The notes: generated from the sequence alone by a model not told the origin. A stretch of 64,000 nt of DNA from Candidatus Bathyarchaeia archaeon (GCA_049516875.1 JBEKSS010000001.1:384001-448000); one strand, 5' to 3'. Positions 9,805-19,974 are shown, counted from the first letter of the stretch. Translations and numbers: made by a program.

Positions 9805-10062
9805 TCACTCAACAAATTCCCTTCTGTAGGCTTGCACTTGTTTGTCTTCACTGACAGCCTGCCCTACGCACTTCAATATCCAACCTGTGAAGGACAGTGT
9901 CTCACCTGTTTTCTCTTTGTAACTGCGCATGTACTCGCGAGCTTTAGTTACGTCAAGTTCAATCAACCCATAAACACGATTCTTCACAGCGGCATTGTCA
10001 AGGAACTCATTGCCCCATCCGCGATTTTTCCTTATTTCTTGATAAGTTCCTATCTGGTCCAA
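9805..10062 (-). pseudogene. N-terminal fragment of a 2-oxoacid dehydrogenase acyltransferase-like protein
   Basis: VYGLIELDVTKAR...KTGETLSFTGWILKCVGQAVSE, then truncated. Confidence 0.75.
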
Positions 10063-10169
10063 TATTTATGCCGGCTTAAGCGTGTCTGACAATAATAATC
10101 GAGAGTGATGGTAAAAGAATTTTCGCCCGAACTTGCTTTGAACGTACAAGCACTACTGAGACCACGTTA

Positions 10170-11159
10170 TTAGAGCAAGAATTTGCCAAGAAGAAGAATT
10201 ATGGACATGATGCTGTAGGTTTGGGTAACCAGCATTATCCACTGGGGATTGTGCGCAGACAAGCTCACAATATCCTCAGCCACATAGCTTTGACCGTTTG
10301 AGGACACGTATTCTTTGGAAAGAAAGTAGAGCTTCTTGAATTTTCCCAGAACGAACAGGACGACAACTGGTATGGCGAGCAGGAAAACGCTCAACCATGC
10401 GTGCTGGTCATAGGTCCACTCAAGAAGGAAGGCTGCCCCTGTGAGTACGGCGCCGGCTGCAAGCAGTACGATGCCGAGGAACGAAGCCCTAACAAGTCCC
10501 AGCCGCACCGTCATCGTCTCGATGTTCATCGCTTTGTCTCCGAAGTAGTCTCGGATCTCGGTAGGTATTATCACGCCATAGACTGTCGAGGCGAGCCCTG
10601 CAAGGGAAAGGAGAAAGAAACGGTTGATTCCAGAAGCAAAAGTATGGTACGCAAACATCACTGGAAACACAGCTAAGACTAGAATAAGCGTGACCGGCGC
10701 CACCCAAGACCTAGACTTCAACCGCAAAGGTGGGGCAGAGTAGGCATATCCCAAAGAAATCCCAGCTACCCACATCAGGAGCAGGATAGGCTTTTCTTGG
10801 ATAAACATAAACAGAGAAACAAGAACCAGGGCAAAAACAAACTCGGCAACCAACAATGCTTTCAGCCGTTTTTGTCCCAAAGAATCCAGAGCGTGGACCA
10901 GCTGCCTCTTGCGGTCGTCCTTCAGGTCTAGTTCATAATCAGAAAGGGTGTTTGCCTGTGCTCCGATAGCAGAACTGAGGTTTATTATGGCGAAAGAGAG
11001 AACCACCAAGATTACTCCGTTGATCAAACTTAGAGGCGGACTGGCGCCCCAAGCAAGTCCCATGATAAGCGAACCTAAATTCGGGAGGAGAAACTCCGCC
11101 CTGGAAACGGTGGCAAGCAATTTCACGCTTTCAAACATTCTTGTCCCAACGCCTAACAA
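10170..11159 (-). CDS. UbiA family prenyltransferase
   Basis: NTLSDYELDLKD, YSAPPLRLK, RDYFGD, multiple TM helices. Confidence 0.9.
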   Translation of the reverse strand: MLGVGTRMFESVKLLATVSRAEFLLPNLGSLIMGLAWGASPPLSLINGVILVVLSFAIINLSSAIGAQANTLSDYELDLKDDRKRQLVHALDSLGQKRLKALLVAEFVFALVLVSLFMFIQEKPILLLMWVAGISLGYAYSAPPLRLKSRSWVAPVTLILVLAVFPVMFAYHTFASGINRFFLLSLAGLASTVYGVIIPTEIRDYFGDKAMNIETMTVRLGLVRASFLGIVLLAAGAVLTGAAFLLEWTYDQHAWLSVFLLAIPVVVLFVLGKFKKLYFLSKEYVSSNGQSYVAEDIVSLSAHNPQWIMLVTQTYSIMSIILLLGKFLL

Positions 11160-11216
11160 AGGGGGCCACAGTCAAAAACGTACTTTCAAAGCTTGCATTA
11201 TAATTACCTTTTGTAT

Positions 11217-11243
11217 GCATTTATTAATGGTTCTTGACTCTTC
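11217..11243 (+). repeat. Direct repeat copy 2, containing the TATA box of rtcA
   Basis: GCATTTATTAATGGTTCTTGACTCTTC just upstream of rtcA. Confidence 0.9.
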
Positions 11244-11275
11244 TGGTAACCTGAAGAACTGGGTGCGCGCCACGC

Positions 11276-12313
11276 TTGATCGAGATTGACGGAAGCGAAA
11301 AAAGTGGAAGCGGCACGATTCTGAGGATGGCCGTCGCCCTATGCGCGATAATTGGGCAGCCGTTGCACATCTACAACATCAGAGAGAACCGTCCGCAGCC
11401 AGGTTTGAAGCCTCAGCATTTGGAAGCTGTTCTGACAGCCGCTAAGCTCTGTGACGCCGAACTGGAAGGTGCGAAAGTCGATTCACGGGAGCTTTGGTTC
11501 AGGCCTAAAGAAGTAAAAGGCGGCAAGGTCGAAGCTGAAATCGGCACTGCCGGAAGCATCTCAATGCTTCTCATGACAGTGCTCCCCATGTGCGCCTATG
11601 CCAAGAACGCTGTGCACCTGCACATTTCCAAAGGCGGAACGGATGTTACCCATTCGCCGACCATCAATTATATGCGCTTCGTCCTTTTGCCGACACTTCA
11701 ACGCATGGGACTGAACGCTGTTCTGACCGTTCACAAGTACGGCTACTATCCCAAAGGAAATGGCGAGGTGACAATAGATGTGACACCTTGCAAGTCCCTG
11801 AAAGCTTTGAGCCTAGAGACTTTTGGCAACGCCAAAGCGATAAAGGGAGTCTCAGTCTGCACATTCCTTGCTGACAGAAAAGTTGCTGAACGCCAAGCAA
11901 GAGCGGCGAACGAGTACCTGGGCGAAAGAGGCTACAAGGCTAACATCCAGATAATAAATGACACCTCGAACCCACTACAAAAGGGCAGTTCCATCGTCTT
12001 GTGGGCCGAGTCTGACACCAACGCTATTCTAGGAGCAGACGCTATCGGCGAACTGAGAAAAACAAGCGAAACAGTTGGAACCGAAGCAGCCGAGAAACTC
12101 CATGCAGAAATCATTGACAAACCCACGGTTGACGCCCACCTAGCTGACCTGCTTGTTCCATACGTAGCCCTGGCCCACGGCAAGTCAACTTATCTTACGC
12201 GGTCTCTTACCGAACATTCGCAGACAAACATCTGGCTTGCCAAAAAAATATTGAATGTAAAGTTTGTTCTTGAAAAGAAAGATGGACTATACAAGCTGGA
12301 GAAAGTTGGTTGA
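11276..12313 (+). CDS. rtcA: RNA 3'-terminal phosphate cyclase
   Basis: IEIDGS...GTILR, RPQPGLKPQHL, GGTDV, GYYPKGNG, VDAHLAD. Confidence 0.95.
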   Translation: MIEIDGSEKSGSGTILRMAVALCAIIGQPLHIYNIRENRPQPGLKPQHLEAVLTAAKLCDAELEGAKVDSRELWFRPKEVKGGKVEAEIGTAGSISMLLMTVLPMCAYAKNAVHLHISKGGTDVTHSPTINYMRFVLLPTLQRMGLNAVLTVHKYGYYPKGNGEVTIDVTPCKSLKALSLETFGNAKAIKGVSVCTFLADRKVAERQARAANEYLGERGYKANIQIINDTSNPLQKGSSIVLWAESDTNAILGADAIGELRKTSETVGTEAAEKLHAEIIDKPTVDAHLADLLVPYVALAHGKSTYLTRSLTEHSQTNIWLAKKILNVKFVLEKKDGLYKLEKVG

Positions 12314-12340
12314 ATTATGGCAATCGGCTTAGCGCGCGCT

Positions 12341-12720
12341 GATGACGGCTTTGATCACCTTCTCTAATCTCGTACATTCCTCGAGGACCCAGGCCTAAGG
12401 ACGGTTCATCTAGTATTAGGATCGGAGGATCGTACAGCAACGCTTGGGCTAATCCAAGTCTCTGTTTCGTTCCGCGAGAAAACTTGGCTATTCTAGTGTT
12501 TGCCCATTCGGAAAGTTTAACGGTTTCAAGCACCTCGCTATTCTGGGTTTCAAGCTTTGAAAGGCAATGCCGCGAAGCCTGCCAACATAGCCCAAGACTT
12601 CATTTGGAGTCAGATAAGAATAGAACTCTGGCGTTTCCACCATGGCACCAACGTTCTCAAGGGCTTTAGTTGATTCTCTAATCGCGTCATGCCCGTTGAT
12701 ATAGACCTTTCCTCTTGTAG
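12341..12720 (-). pseudogene. ABC transporter ATP-binding gene, 3' fragment (continues from 19802-19974)
   Basis: TRGKVYINGHDAIRESTKALENVGAMVETPEFYSYLT, frameshift, then FSRGTKQRLGLAQALLYDPPILILDEPSLGL; truncated near AGCGCGCGCT at 12331-12340. Confidence 0.9.
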
Positions 12721-12748
12721 ATACTGTCCACTTAATCGGGATGGATGA

Positions 12749-13080
12749 CTATTTGACTATTTCCAATAATTCGTATGGACGCAATATTCTAATCTTGTTT
12801 GCATCTTGAATTTCCTTTCGATTCTCCTTAATCAGAAAATGTCTTTGATCCAGCGTCAAAAATACGTCACATGAACGAATCGCAAAAGAGAGATGAAGTG
12901 CATCGGGTATTGGAAGAAATGTATGCTTGAAAAGAAGGTCAATCACAGAATCTTCATCAATTTCATAGCTTCTTATTCTGAAGCCGACCTTTTCTAGTAG
13001 ATAGTCTGTGAATGTAGCCAGATTTTCGATAATTGCTCTTTTGGTATTTTCTTCTTTGATTTTGAAGCCATTCGCAGTAG
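12749..13080 (-). pseudogene. PIN-domain (VapC-like) protein, C-terminal remnant
   Basis: PDALHLSFAIRSCDVFLTLDQRHFL...IRILRPYELL; 5' end missing. Confidence 0.7.
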
Positions 13081-13117
13081 CTCGCCGTGACCCACCAGCA
13101 TTTGCACACGCGCTTAC

Positions 13118-14722
13118 TTATCCTAAGATTTTTTCTACCTCTTCCTTATCCGCATCAGTAACATAGCTAATACCTGATGCCTTTGCAGTTTCAGGAGTTA
13201 AAGCAACGATATCGTCTCGAGTGATGTATCGAACCGTGAATTTTCTGGCACCACACATTAATTGCTTTAATCCTTGGATCAGCCTCTGATTATAAGTATA
13301 AAGGCCCATCGCGCCTGTGGGTAAGTCCTTGAACTTTTTTCCAAACTTCTTCTTTAGTCTGCTCGCTTCGATAAAGGTTGCCTCGATGGTGTTTCCATAT
13401 CTTCCATAGTATATAGGTAGATTTCCTTCCGTAATCCCCCGACCTACGTTTTTACCTACCATCGCTGCGGTGAGTGGAGCTCTGGCCATACCCACAGCTT
13501 TGACGTAGGGTGCACCCAGAGCCAGTGCCTTGAAGATGTGATCTTCCATTGTAATGCCTCCCGCAAACGCTATGTCAGGTACGTATTCTCCCTTCTTCGC
13601 CAGTCTATCTGCATATTGATACGTCAAGGACCATATTTCTACGCTGGGTATTCCCCATTCGTTCATCATACGCCAGGGGCTCATCCCTGTTCCACCACCA
13701 GCGCCATCGATGGTAAGTAGGTCAATTCTTGCTAAGGACGAAAATTTCACTGCTCTTGCCACATCTGCTGGTCTGTAAGCGCCCGTCTTCAGGAAAACGT
13801 GCTTAGCACCTAAGCTTCTGAGCTCTTTTACTCTACTGAGGAAGGTCTCTTCGGTAACCATGCCCACTCTGGAATGTCTTTCAAACTCTTTGAAATGTCC
13901 CGCCTTAAATGCTTCAATAATGTCTGGATTTTCGGGATCAGGGAGAACTATGTATCCTCTTCTCTTTAGAAGCTGAGCTTTTTCCATATCCTTAATTTTA
14001 ACTTCACCACCTATGTCTTTAGCTCCTTGACCCCATTTTAGTTCAACGGCATCCACTTCTAAATCCGAAATGGCATACTCATGGACGCCGAGTCGTGTAT
14101 CTTCTATGTTGGCTTGAACAACAATAGCGCCGTAGCCTTCTTCTCTCCATTCTTTGTAAGTTTTCACCCTATATTCCAGTTCTGGAGAATGAATCACTTT
14201 TCCATCGTTGAATTTTGACTCCGCATCCATGCCACATACATTTTCACCAATTACTTGCATGGTCCCTGATATTGCCGCACCGATTGCCAGCTCTCTCCAA
14301 TTGTCGAGGGCGATTTTTGTGGATCCAAGTGCGCAGGTGAACCATGGAACTTTCAGTCTTATGCCTTTACCTTGACCGATTTTGGTTTCTAAGTCAACGT
14401 TGGGAAATATAGCTTTGTCACTATCGGCTTCGATGCCGACAGCTCCCACGGTTGTTCCCATAATGTTGAAGTGGGAGAGGTCTATAGGATAGTTCTTTTG
14501 AGATGCGGTGGTTATAACTCCGAAAGGCGCCGGGTATATGATTTCGCCGCCTCTTATTGCAGATTTGGCAACTTCGCAAGGACCTGGGCATCCATCTATG
14601 CATGTAACGCAGAGTCCGCTGACTGGACATGGATCCGTTCTATTCTTGGTCAGGGTTGCCGGGCTTGCATTTGGTTTGGAATAGCTCATATTATTTCTCC
14701 TCCTTTTGTACACATGCTCCAC
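13118..14722 (-). CDS. FMN-binding glutamate synthase family protein (stand-alone FMN domain with N-terminal Cys cluster)
   Basis: ELKWGQGAKDIGGEV, LLTIDGAGGGTG, AGGI..EDHIFKALALGA, CxxCxxxCxxxC; likely start MSYSKPN at 14689. Confidence 0.9.
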   Translation of the reverse strand: MEHVYKRRRNNMSYSKPNASPATLTKNRTDPCPVSGLCVTCIDGCPGPCEVAKSAIRGGEIIYPAPFGVITTASQKNYPIDLSHFNIMGTTVGAVGIEADSDKAIFPNVDLETKIGQGKGIRLKVPWFTCALGSTKIALDNWRELAIGAAISGTMQVIGENVCGMDAESKFNDGKVIHSPELEYRVKTYKEWREEGYGAIVVQANIEDTRLGVHEYAISDLEVDAVELKWGQGAKDIGGEVKIKDMEKAQLLKRRGYIVLPDPENPDIIEAFKAGHFKEFERHSRVGMVTEETFLSRVKELRSLGAKHVFLKTGAYRPADVARAVKFSSLARIDLLTIDGAGGGTGMSPWRMMNEWGIPSVEIWSLTYQYADRLAKKGEYVPDIAFAGGITMEDHIFKALALGAPYVKAVGMARAPLTAAMVGKNVGRGITEGNLPIYYGRYGNTIEATFIEASRLKKKFGKKFKDLPTGAMGLYTYNQRLIQGLKQLMCGARKFTVRYITRDDIVALTPETAKASGISYVTDADKEEVEKILG

Positions 14723-15374
14723 ATGATTCTAAAGTACACATGACTTGGTCATACTTTCCTAAACACTGTGGGGTTATTACAAGACAAGAGTTGCAGAGTT
14801 CTCCGGGAGACTTGACCCCACGACACTGCAAGTCTACTACGGGACAAATATACATGCAGGCTCCACAGTTGCGGCAGATTTCACTGGCCGTACGGAAGGG
14901 CGTGACCACTTCTCTTTTTTGGCCTCTGCCCGCGAAACCTATGGCTCCGCTTCTCATCTGTTCGGCGCACATCCTTACACATAAGCCACATAGGATGCAG
15001 TCTTCATTTTCCATCTTGAATCTAACTTGCTCTAATCCCATCTGTGAGGCTAAGTCTTGCAAGGTCTTAGAGTTGGGGCATCTGGCAAGTAATAGTTCCA
15101 GTATCAGTTTTCGCCCTTTCATCACTTTTTCAGAATGTGTTTTCACTTTTATCCCTTCTTTAACTGGATAAAGGCAAGACGCTACCAGTCTTACCCTTCT
15201 TCCGTCTTCAACCTCCACCGTGCATAGGCGGCAAGCGCCGTAAGGGGTTAACTCATCGTGGTGGCAGAGAGATGGAATACTAATCCCATAGAACCTGGCA
15301 ATTTCAAGTATTGTAGAGCCTTCTTCGGCTTGAGCCTTCACTCCATCAATAATGAGGTTTACCATCTCACTCAC
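14691..15374 (-). CDS. NuoG/HydA N-terminal-like 2Fe-2S/4Fe-4S subunit without a catalytic domain
   Basis: IPSLCHH...GACRLCTVEV...ASC, CILCGLCVRMC, CRNCGACMYICP, extra Cys-rich tail. Confidence 0.9.
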   Translation of the reverse strand: MSEMVNLIIDGVKAQAEEGSTILEIARFYGISIPSLCHHDELTPYGACRLCTVEVEDGRRVRLVASCLYPVKEGIKVKTHSEKVMKGRKLILELLLARCPNSKTLQDLASQMGLEQVRFKMENEDCILCGLCVRMCAEQMRSGAIGFAGRGQKREVVTPFRTASEICRNCGACMYICPVVDLQCRGVKSPGELCNSCLVITPQCLGKYDQVMCTLESCGACVQKEEK

Positions 15375-15377
15375 TTC

Positions 15378-17234
15378 CTATTTGACTGATATGGCCTGAA
15401 ATGGGCAAGCATCTCGACAGATACCACATCTAATGCATTTGGCGGGGTCAATCGTGTGAGTCAAACCATATGCGTCGATGGCCTGTTGAGGACAGAGTTT
15501 TAAACAGGCACCGCATCCTGTGCATTTGTCTTCAAGGATGACAAACGTAATCAGGTCCCTGCAAATTCCAGCTGGGCACTTTTTATCTCTAATGTGGGCG
15601 GCATATTCATCTCCAAAATACCTGAGAGTTGACAAAACTGTATTTGGAGCTGTTTGACCAAGACCGCAAAGAGAAAAGTCTTTGACCATCCTCGCTAAGT
15701 CTTGGAGAAGTTCCAGATCTTCTTCCCCAGCCTGACCCTTGGTTATCTTAGTCACGATCTCAAGCATCCTTTTGATTCCCTCACGGCAGGGGACACATTT
15801 ACCACAAGATTCATTCTGTAAGAAGTCGAGAAAATATCGAGCCAAATCAACCATGCATGTGTCTTCGTCCATCACTATCATGCCGCCGGAGCCCATCATG
15901 GAGCCGGCTTCGGTTAACTTCTCAAAGTCGACAGTTAGGTCGAGTAATTCTTCAGGTATGCAGCCACCTGAGGGGCCACCGGTCTGTACGGCCTTAAACC
16001 TCTTGCCTTTCGTTATTCCTCCGCCTATGTCGTAAACAATCGTCTTAAGGGGGGTTCCCATTTGTATTTCGACGAGACCAGTGTTGTTAACCTTTCCAAC
16101 AAGAGAGAAAATGCCTGTTCCCTTGCTGTTCTCCGTCCCCATTTTTACATACCAGTCTGTGCCATTGTTAATAATCAAAGGCACATTGGCCCAGGTCTTA
16201 ACGTTATTCAAATTAGTTGGCTGATTCCACAGCCCACGCTCGACTGTGTGAACATATTTTGCTCTGGGCTCGCCCATTTTGCCTTCTATGGAGGCCATCA
16301 ACGCAGAAGATTCACCGCAGACAAACGCACCAGCACCCCGATTTATCTTGATGTCGAAGTCAAATCCAGAATTGAATATGTTGTTGCCTACGAATCCGTA
16401 TTCTCGTGCTTGGTCTATTGCCGTCTGGAGGTGCTTTAATGCCAGTGGATATTCTGCGCGAACGTATAAATATCCTTGATTCGCTCCTATAGCATAGGCT
16501 CCAATTATCATCCCTTCGAGAATGCTATGAGGATTCGCTTCCATGAGGCTTCTATCGCTAAAGGCACCTGGATCACCTTCATCTCCGTTTCCAATTACAA
16601 ACTTAACGTCTCCATGGGCTTCCTTGCAAGACCTCCATTTTCTTCCAGTTGGGAAGCCGCCTCCGCCAAGACCGCGTAACCCTGATTTTTCAATTGTATC
16701 AATGATTTCTTCGCAAGACATGGTTGTAGTAGCCTTTGCAAGAGCTTGATAACCGCCAATAGCAATGTAGTCAAGTATGTTTGTGGGGTCGATTCGTCCA
16801 TTGTTAGCAAGAACCAGCCTTGTCTGTTTTTTGTAGAAAGGAACTTCGTGCTCATACAAGGCTTTTTGACCTGTTATTGGATCTATATAAAGAAGGCGAT
16901 CAACAACCTCGCCATTGAGGAGAGTTTTTGAAACGATATCAGGAACATCACTCGGCTTTACTTTTTGATAAAAGATCTCTTTTGGTCCTATAACGATGAC
17001 AGGCCCTCTTTCGCAGAAGCCATGACATCCGGTTTGCTTGCAGTCTGCCTTGATTTCTAAACCTTGCCTCTCAATTTCATCCTTGAAAGATATCATAACA
17101 TTTGCGCTACCACGCGCTCGGCAACCAGTTCCGAGGCATACTCTTACACAAGGCTTATTGGGATCTCTCATTTGCACTAGCGAGTTTCGAAGAGAACCGA
17201 GCTCTTGAGTGGTTCTAATCTTTTTCATTCTCAC
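15378..17234 (-). CDS. NuoF/HydB-like FMN/NADH-binding subunit with N-terminal thioredoxin-like 2Fe-2S domain and C-terminal 2x4Fe-4S
   Basis: GLRGLGGGGFPTG, NGDEGDPGAF, GAFVCGE, GGPSGG, ESCGKCVPCREG, two CxxCxxCxxxCP. Confidence 0.95.
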   Translation of the reverse strand: MRMKKIRTTQELGSLRNSLVQMRDPNKPCVRVCLGTGCRARGSANVMISFKDEIERQGLEIKADCKQTGCHGFCERGPVIVIGPKEIFYQKVKPSDVPDIVSKTLLNGEVVDRLLYIDPITGQKALYEHEVPFYKKQTRLVLANNGRIDPTNILDYIAIGGYQALAKATTTMSCEEIIDTIEKSGLRGLGGGGFPTGRKWRSCKEAHGDVKFVIGNGDEGDPGAFSDRSLMEANPHSILEGMIIGAYAIGANQGYLYVRAEYPLALKHLQTAIDQAREYGFVGNNIFNSGFDFDIKINRGAGAFVCGESSALMASIEGKMGEPRAKYVHTVERGLWNQPTNLNNVKTWANVPLIINNGTDWYVKMGTENSKGTGIFSLVGKVNNTGLVEIQMGTPLKTIVYDIGGGITKGKRFKAVQTGGPSGGCIPEELLDLTVDFEKLTEAGSMMGSGGMIVMDEDTCMVDLARYFLDFLQNESCGKCVPCREGIKRMLEIVTKITKGQAGEEDLELLQDLARMVKDFSLCGLGQTAPNTVLSTLRYFGDEYAAHIRDKKCPAGICRDLITFVILEDKCTGCGACLKLCPQQAIDAYGLTHTIDPAKCIRCGICRDACPFQAISVK

Positions 17235-17698
17235 CCTGCACCCGCTTTTAGAACACTACGAACTTTCGTTGGCGTCATTTTGTCAAAATAGCGTTCTCCG
17301 ACAACTATAACTGGAGCCAGCGCACAAGCACCAACACAATGAACCGATTGAAGACTAAATGTGCGATCAGATGTCGTTTCACCGTCTTTTATACCCAGCT
17401 CTTTTTCCACAGACTCAAGAACTCTGGGAGAACCTCTAAGGTAGCAGGCAGTTCCCAGACATACACGAACGAGGTGCTTGCCACGAGGGGTTAGGTGGAA
17501 TGCATCATAAAATGAAGCTACACCGTAGACCTGAATCATCGGAACACCAAGTTTTTCAGAAACATGTTTTAACGCCCACGCTGGAAGATAAGCGAACAAA
17601 TTTTCAGTTTCTTGCAATATCATTATCAACGCTGACTTTTCATAAGAATAACTTCTGATAATCTCGTTGACCTTGTACTCAGAAGCCCTTTCAGCCAA
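17231..17698 (-). CDS. NuoE/HydC-like 2Fe-2S subunit
   Basis: VYGVASFY, VCLGTAC, CVGACALAPV. Confidence 0.95.
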   Translation of the reverse strand: MAERASEYKVNEIIRSYSYEKSALIMILQETENLFAYLPAWALKHVSEKLGVPMIQVYGVASFYDAFHLTPRGKHLVRVCLGTACYLRGSPRVLESVEKELGIKDGETTSDRTFSLQSVHCVGACALAPVIVVGERYFDKMTPTKVRSVLKAGAG

Positions 17699-17774
17699 GT
17701 TTCATGGCACCTCTCAAGTCAATTATCTGCTCCTAATGTTGCTGGAAGTGAGGATCTTTTGAAGCCTTGGCATC

Positions 17775-18092
17775 TCAACTTCTGGAAACTCTCTTTATAC
17801 CTTTGAAACTTAGGGGAGCTTCTTCCGGAATCTCCTCAGCAAACATTATTTCGTAGACATCCTTTGAGGCACACTTAGGACACTCCAAAGATCTGTACCT
17901 ACATGTTTGACAATTTTCGGATTCGGTACCAATTCGAAGACTAAGATCCTCAGTTCCCTCTTTATGCCCAACAACCAATCCAACGAGTTCAATCCATGTG
18001 TTTCCGCAACTAGCACAACTAACTCTCTTCTTGATCAACTCCCCTTCCCCCCCTCTGTTTTCAATTTCCTTAACAATTTCTGTGACTTTCAA
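17775..18092 (-). CDS. Small Cys-rich (3x CxxC) protein heading the operon
   Basis: CASC, CQTC, CPKC. Confidence 0.7.
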   Translation of the reverse strand: MKVTEIVKEIENRGGEGELIKKRVSCASCGNTWIELVGLVVGHKEGTEDLSLRIGTESENCQTCRYRSLECPKCASKDVYEIMFAEEIPEEAPLSFKGIKRVSRS

Positions 18093-18312
18093 ACAACATC
18101 AAACATCTTAAGCATATTATTGAGCTATTTAACGCTTTCGTTCGACAAAGTCCAAAATTAATGGATATTGCAAGATAAGCGAGAACGAGATACTTACAAT
18201 GTCGAAAAAAGAGAGATAGGCATCATCTTGTTCTTCCGACATCATAAGGTTCCAAGGCAAAAATGGTATATTTTTTAAACTGTGAACACTAATTTCACAT
18301 AGGCGGCGTACA

Positions 18313-18792
18313 TTGACCACGAAAATAAAAATTGATGAGATTGATGTGAACATCATTAGGGCTTTACAGAAGGACGCACGTGCCAATTTTGCAGATATAG
18401 CAAGAAACTGTGACGTGTCAACAGATACCATAAGTAAACGATTCAGAAAGATGAAGAAAGCCAACATTATCAGAGGGACGACGATACTGTTGAACCCAAA
18501 AAGCTTCGGCTATGATTGCGTTGCGAGCTTTGGTATTCGCGTCGATTATCCACACGTAGAGGATGTTGTTGACTTTATCGAAAAGATACCAGAAGTAGTT
18601 TTCTGCAATCCATCTCTGGGCAGACACAACATATTCGCAATAGCAGTACTGAAAAATGTTGGCAGGTTGAGTCAAGTGAAGGAATCCATACAAGGACATC
18701 CCATGGTTAGGGAGGTAGCCGCCAGCATCTGGGTCGATGAGATACTGTTATGTCCAGAAAACTTCGAATTCGAACAGGTAAAAAAGAAGTGA
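18313..18792 (+). CDS. Lrp/AsnC family regulator
   Basis: IDEIDVNIIRALQKDARANFADIA HTH plus RAM domain. Confidence 0.9.
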   Translation: MTTKIKIDEIDVNIIRALQKDARANFADIARNCDVSTDTISKRFRKMKKANIIRGTTILLNPKSFGYDCVASFGIRVDYPHVEDVVDFIEKIPEVVFCNPSLGRHNIFAIAVLKNVGRLSQVKESIQGHPMVREVAASIWVDEILLCPENFEFEQVKKK

Positions 18793-18798
18793 CAAGGA

Positions 18799-19272
18799 AT
18801 GGATAAAATAGACCTTGCTATAATTGATAAGCTAACTGATGATGCTCGCACGTCTTTCAGAGAGATTGCAAAGGAACTTGGTATTTCACCGGACACTGTG
18901 ATAAATAGATATGCTGCACTGCAAAAAGAGGGCGTAATCCGAGGATCCACAATCGTAATCAACCCGAAGAAAGTTGGTTATCAAGCCATGGCCGTATTTA
19001 TGATCGATATCTCGCCTGCACACATCATGGCGACTGAAGTTACTCCAGCCGATTCTTCAATAATCTTAGATAAGCTGATTCAGATGCCAAACATAATCGT
19101 GGCTACAAAGAGTGTTGGAGACCACGACTTATTGGCTATTGGTGTAGCTATAGATTTTGAACATTTGATTAAACTGAGAGATTATATCGCAAAAATACCC
19201 GGTGTTAAAGATATTCAAGTATCATTCTGGGTCGAAAGAACAGAACTTTGCCCCAAATACTTCGTAATTTGA
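18799..19272 (+). CDS. Lrp/AsnC family regulator (tandem paralog)
   Basis: MDKIDLAIIDKLTDDARTSFREIAKELG...GDHDL. Confidence 0.9.
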   Translation: MDKIDLAIIDKLTDDARTSFREIAKELGISPDTVINRYAALQKEGVIRGSTIVINPKKVGYQAMAVFMIDISPAHIMATEVTPADSSIILDKLIQMPNIIVATKSVGDHDLLAIGVAIDFEHLIKLRDYIAKIPGVKDIQVSFWVERTELCPKYFVI

Positions 19273-19801
19273 GCAATTTGAGCAGAATGTAAGTTGAAAA
19301 CTTGAACCGGTATTTGTACCTTTCTTCATGACCTTAGGTATTTTTTTCTTACTGGTAAACGTATGTTCAATTTTCAACCTCCACCTACAAAATCTCGAAT
19401 TAACCTTCTTTTACTGAAACAAGCCCAACATAAGCCTGAAATTCAAGTGCGGGGGTCGGACCCCCACCCAACTTTACCGGTAAAAATATGTTAAATATAT
19501 GCCTGGCGAAAATTCGATGCTCTACCGAGCTATCAACAAACCCAAGTCACGTGGTCGTTCAACTCTCGTTTTTGAAATGGGGGCTAGGGGAAGATTCCCC
19601 TTTCATCTGCAACATCTGTTGCCTTGGAAACAGCGAAAACAAACGCTGCATTTCTCATATCAAGGTTGTAGTTTTTAGCGGTATCCATAATATTATTATA
19701 AGCGGTAGCCATTTTCTTTTGAAGCTTTTCTTTAACTTTCCTTAACAGAAAACTTCAAGGTCATCGCAAAGACTTCTTGGGTAACTTAACTTAGCAGAAC
19801 C

Positions 19802-19974
19802 CCTCTTGTAGGCCAGATTAGACTGCACAGAATTTTGATTGTCGTGGATTTTCCCGCACCGTTTGGACCTAGAAAACCAACTCAGTGCCCACTGTCTATT
19901 TTCAAACTCAAATCGTTGGGAGCCAGAATCTTACCATAGTATTTGGTTAAACCTTCCGTGACTATAGCTTCCAT
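19802..19974 (-). pseudogene. ABC transporter ATP-binding gene, 5' fragment
   Basis: [57 protein letters not shown] (Walker A); not in the ORF track. Confidence 0.9.

Larger units (their letters stand above)
12711..19811. mobile_element. 7.1-kb inserted island flanked by a 10-bp direct repeat CCTCTTGTAG, inside an ABC-ATPase gene
   Basis: CCTCTTGTAG at 12711-12720 and 19802-19811; the two ABC halves join in frame across it (LIWPTRG|KVYING). Confidence 0.9.

Noticed and set aside
19451-19465. GGGGGTCGGACCCCC hairpin as a tRNA-derived att site
   Set aside because: No TTCRA loop and no second copy; the island ends are explained by the 10-bp repeat
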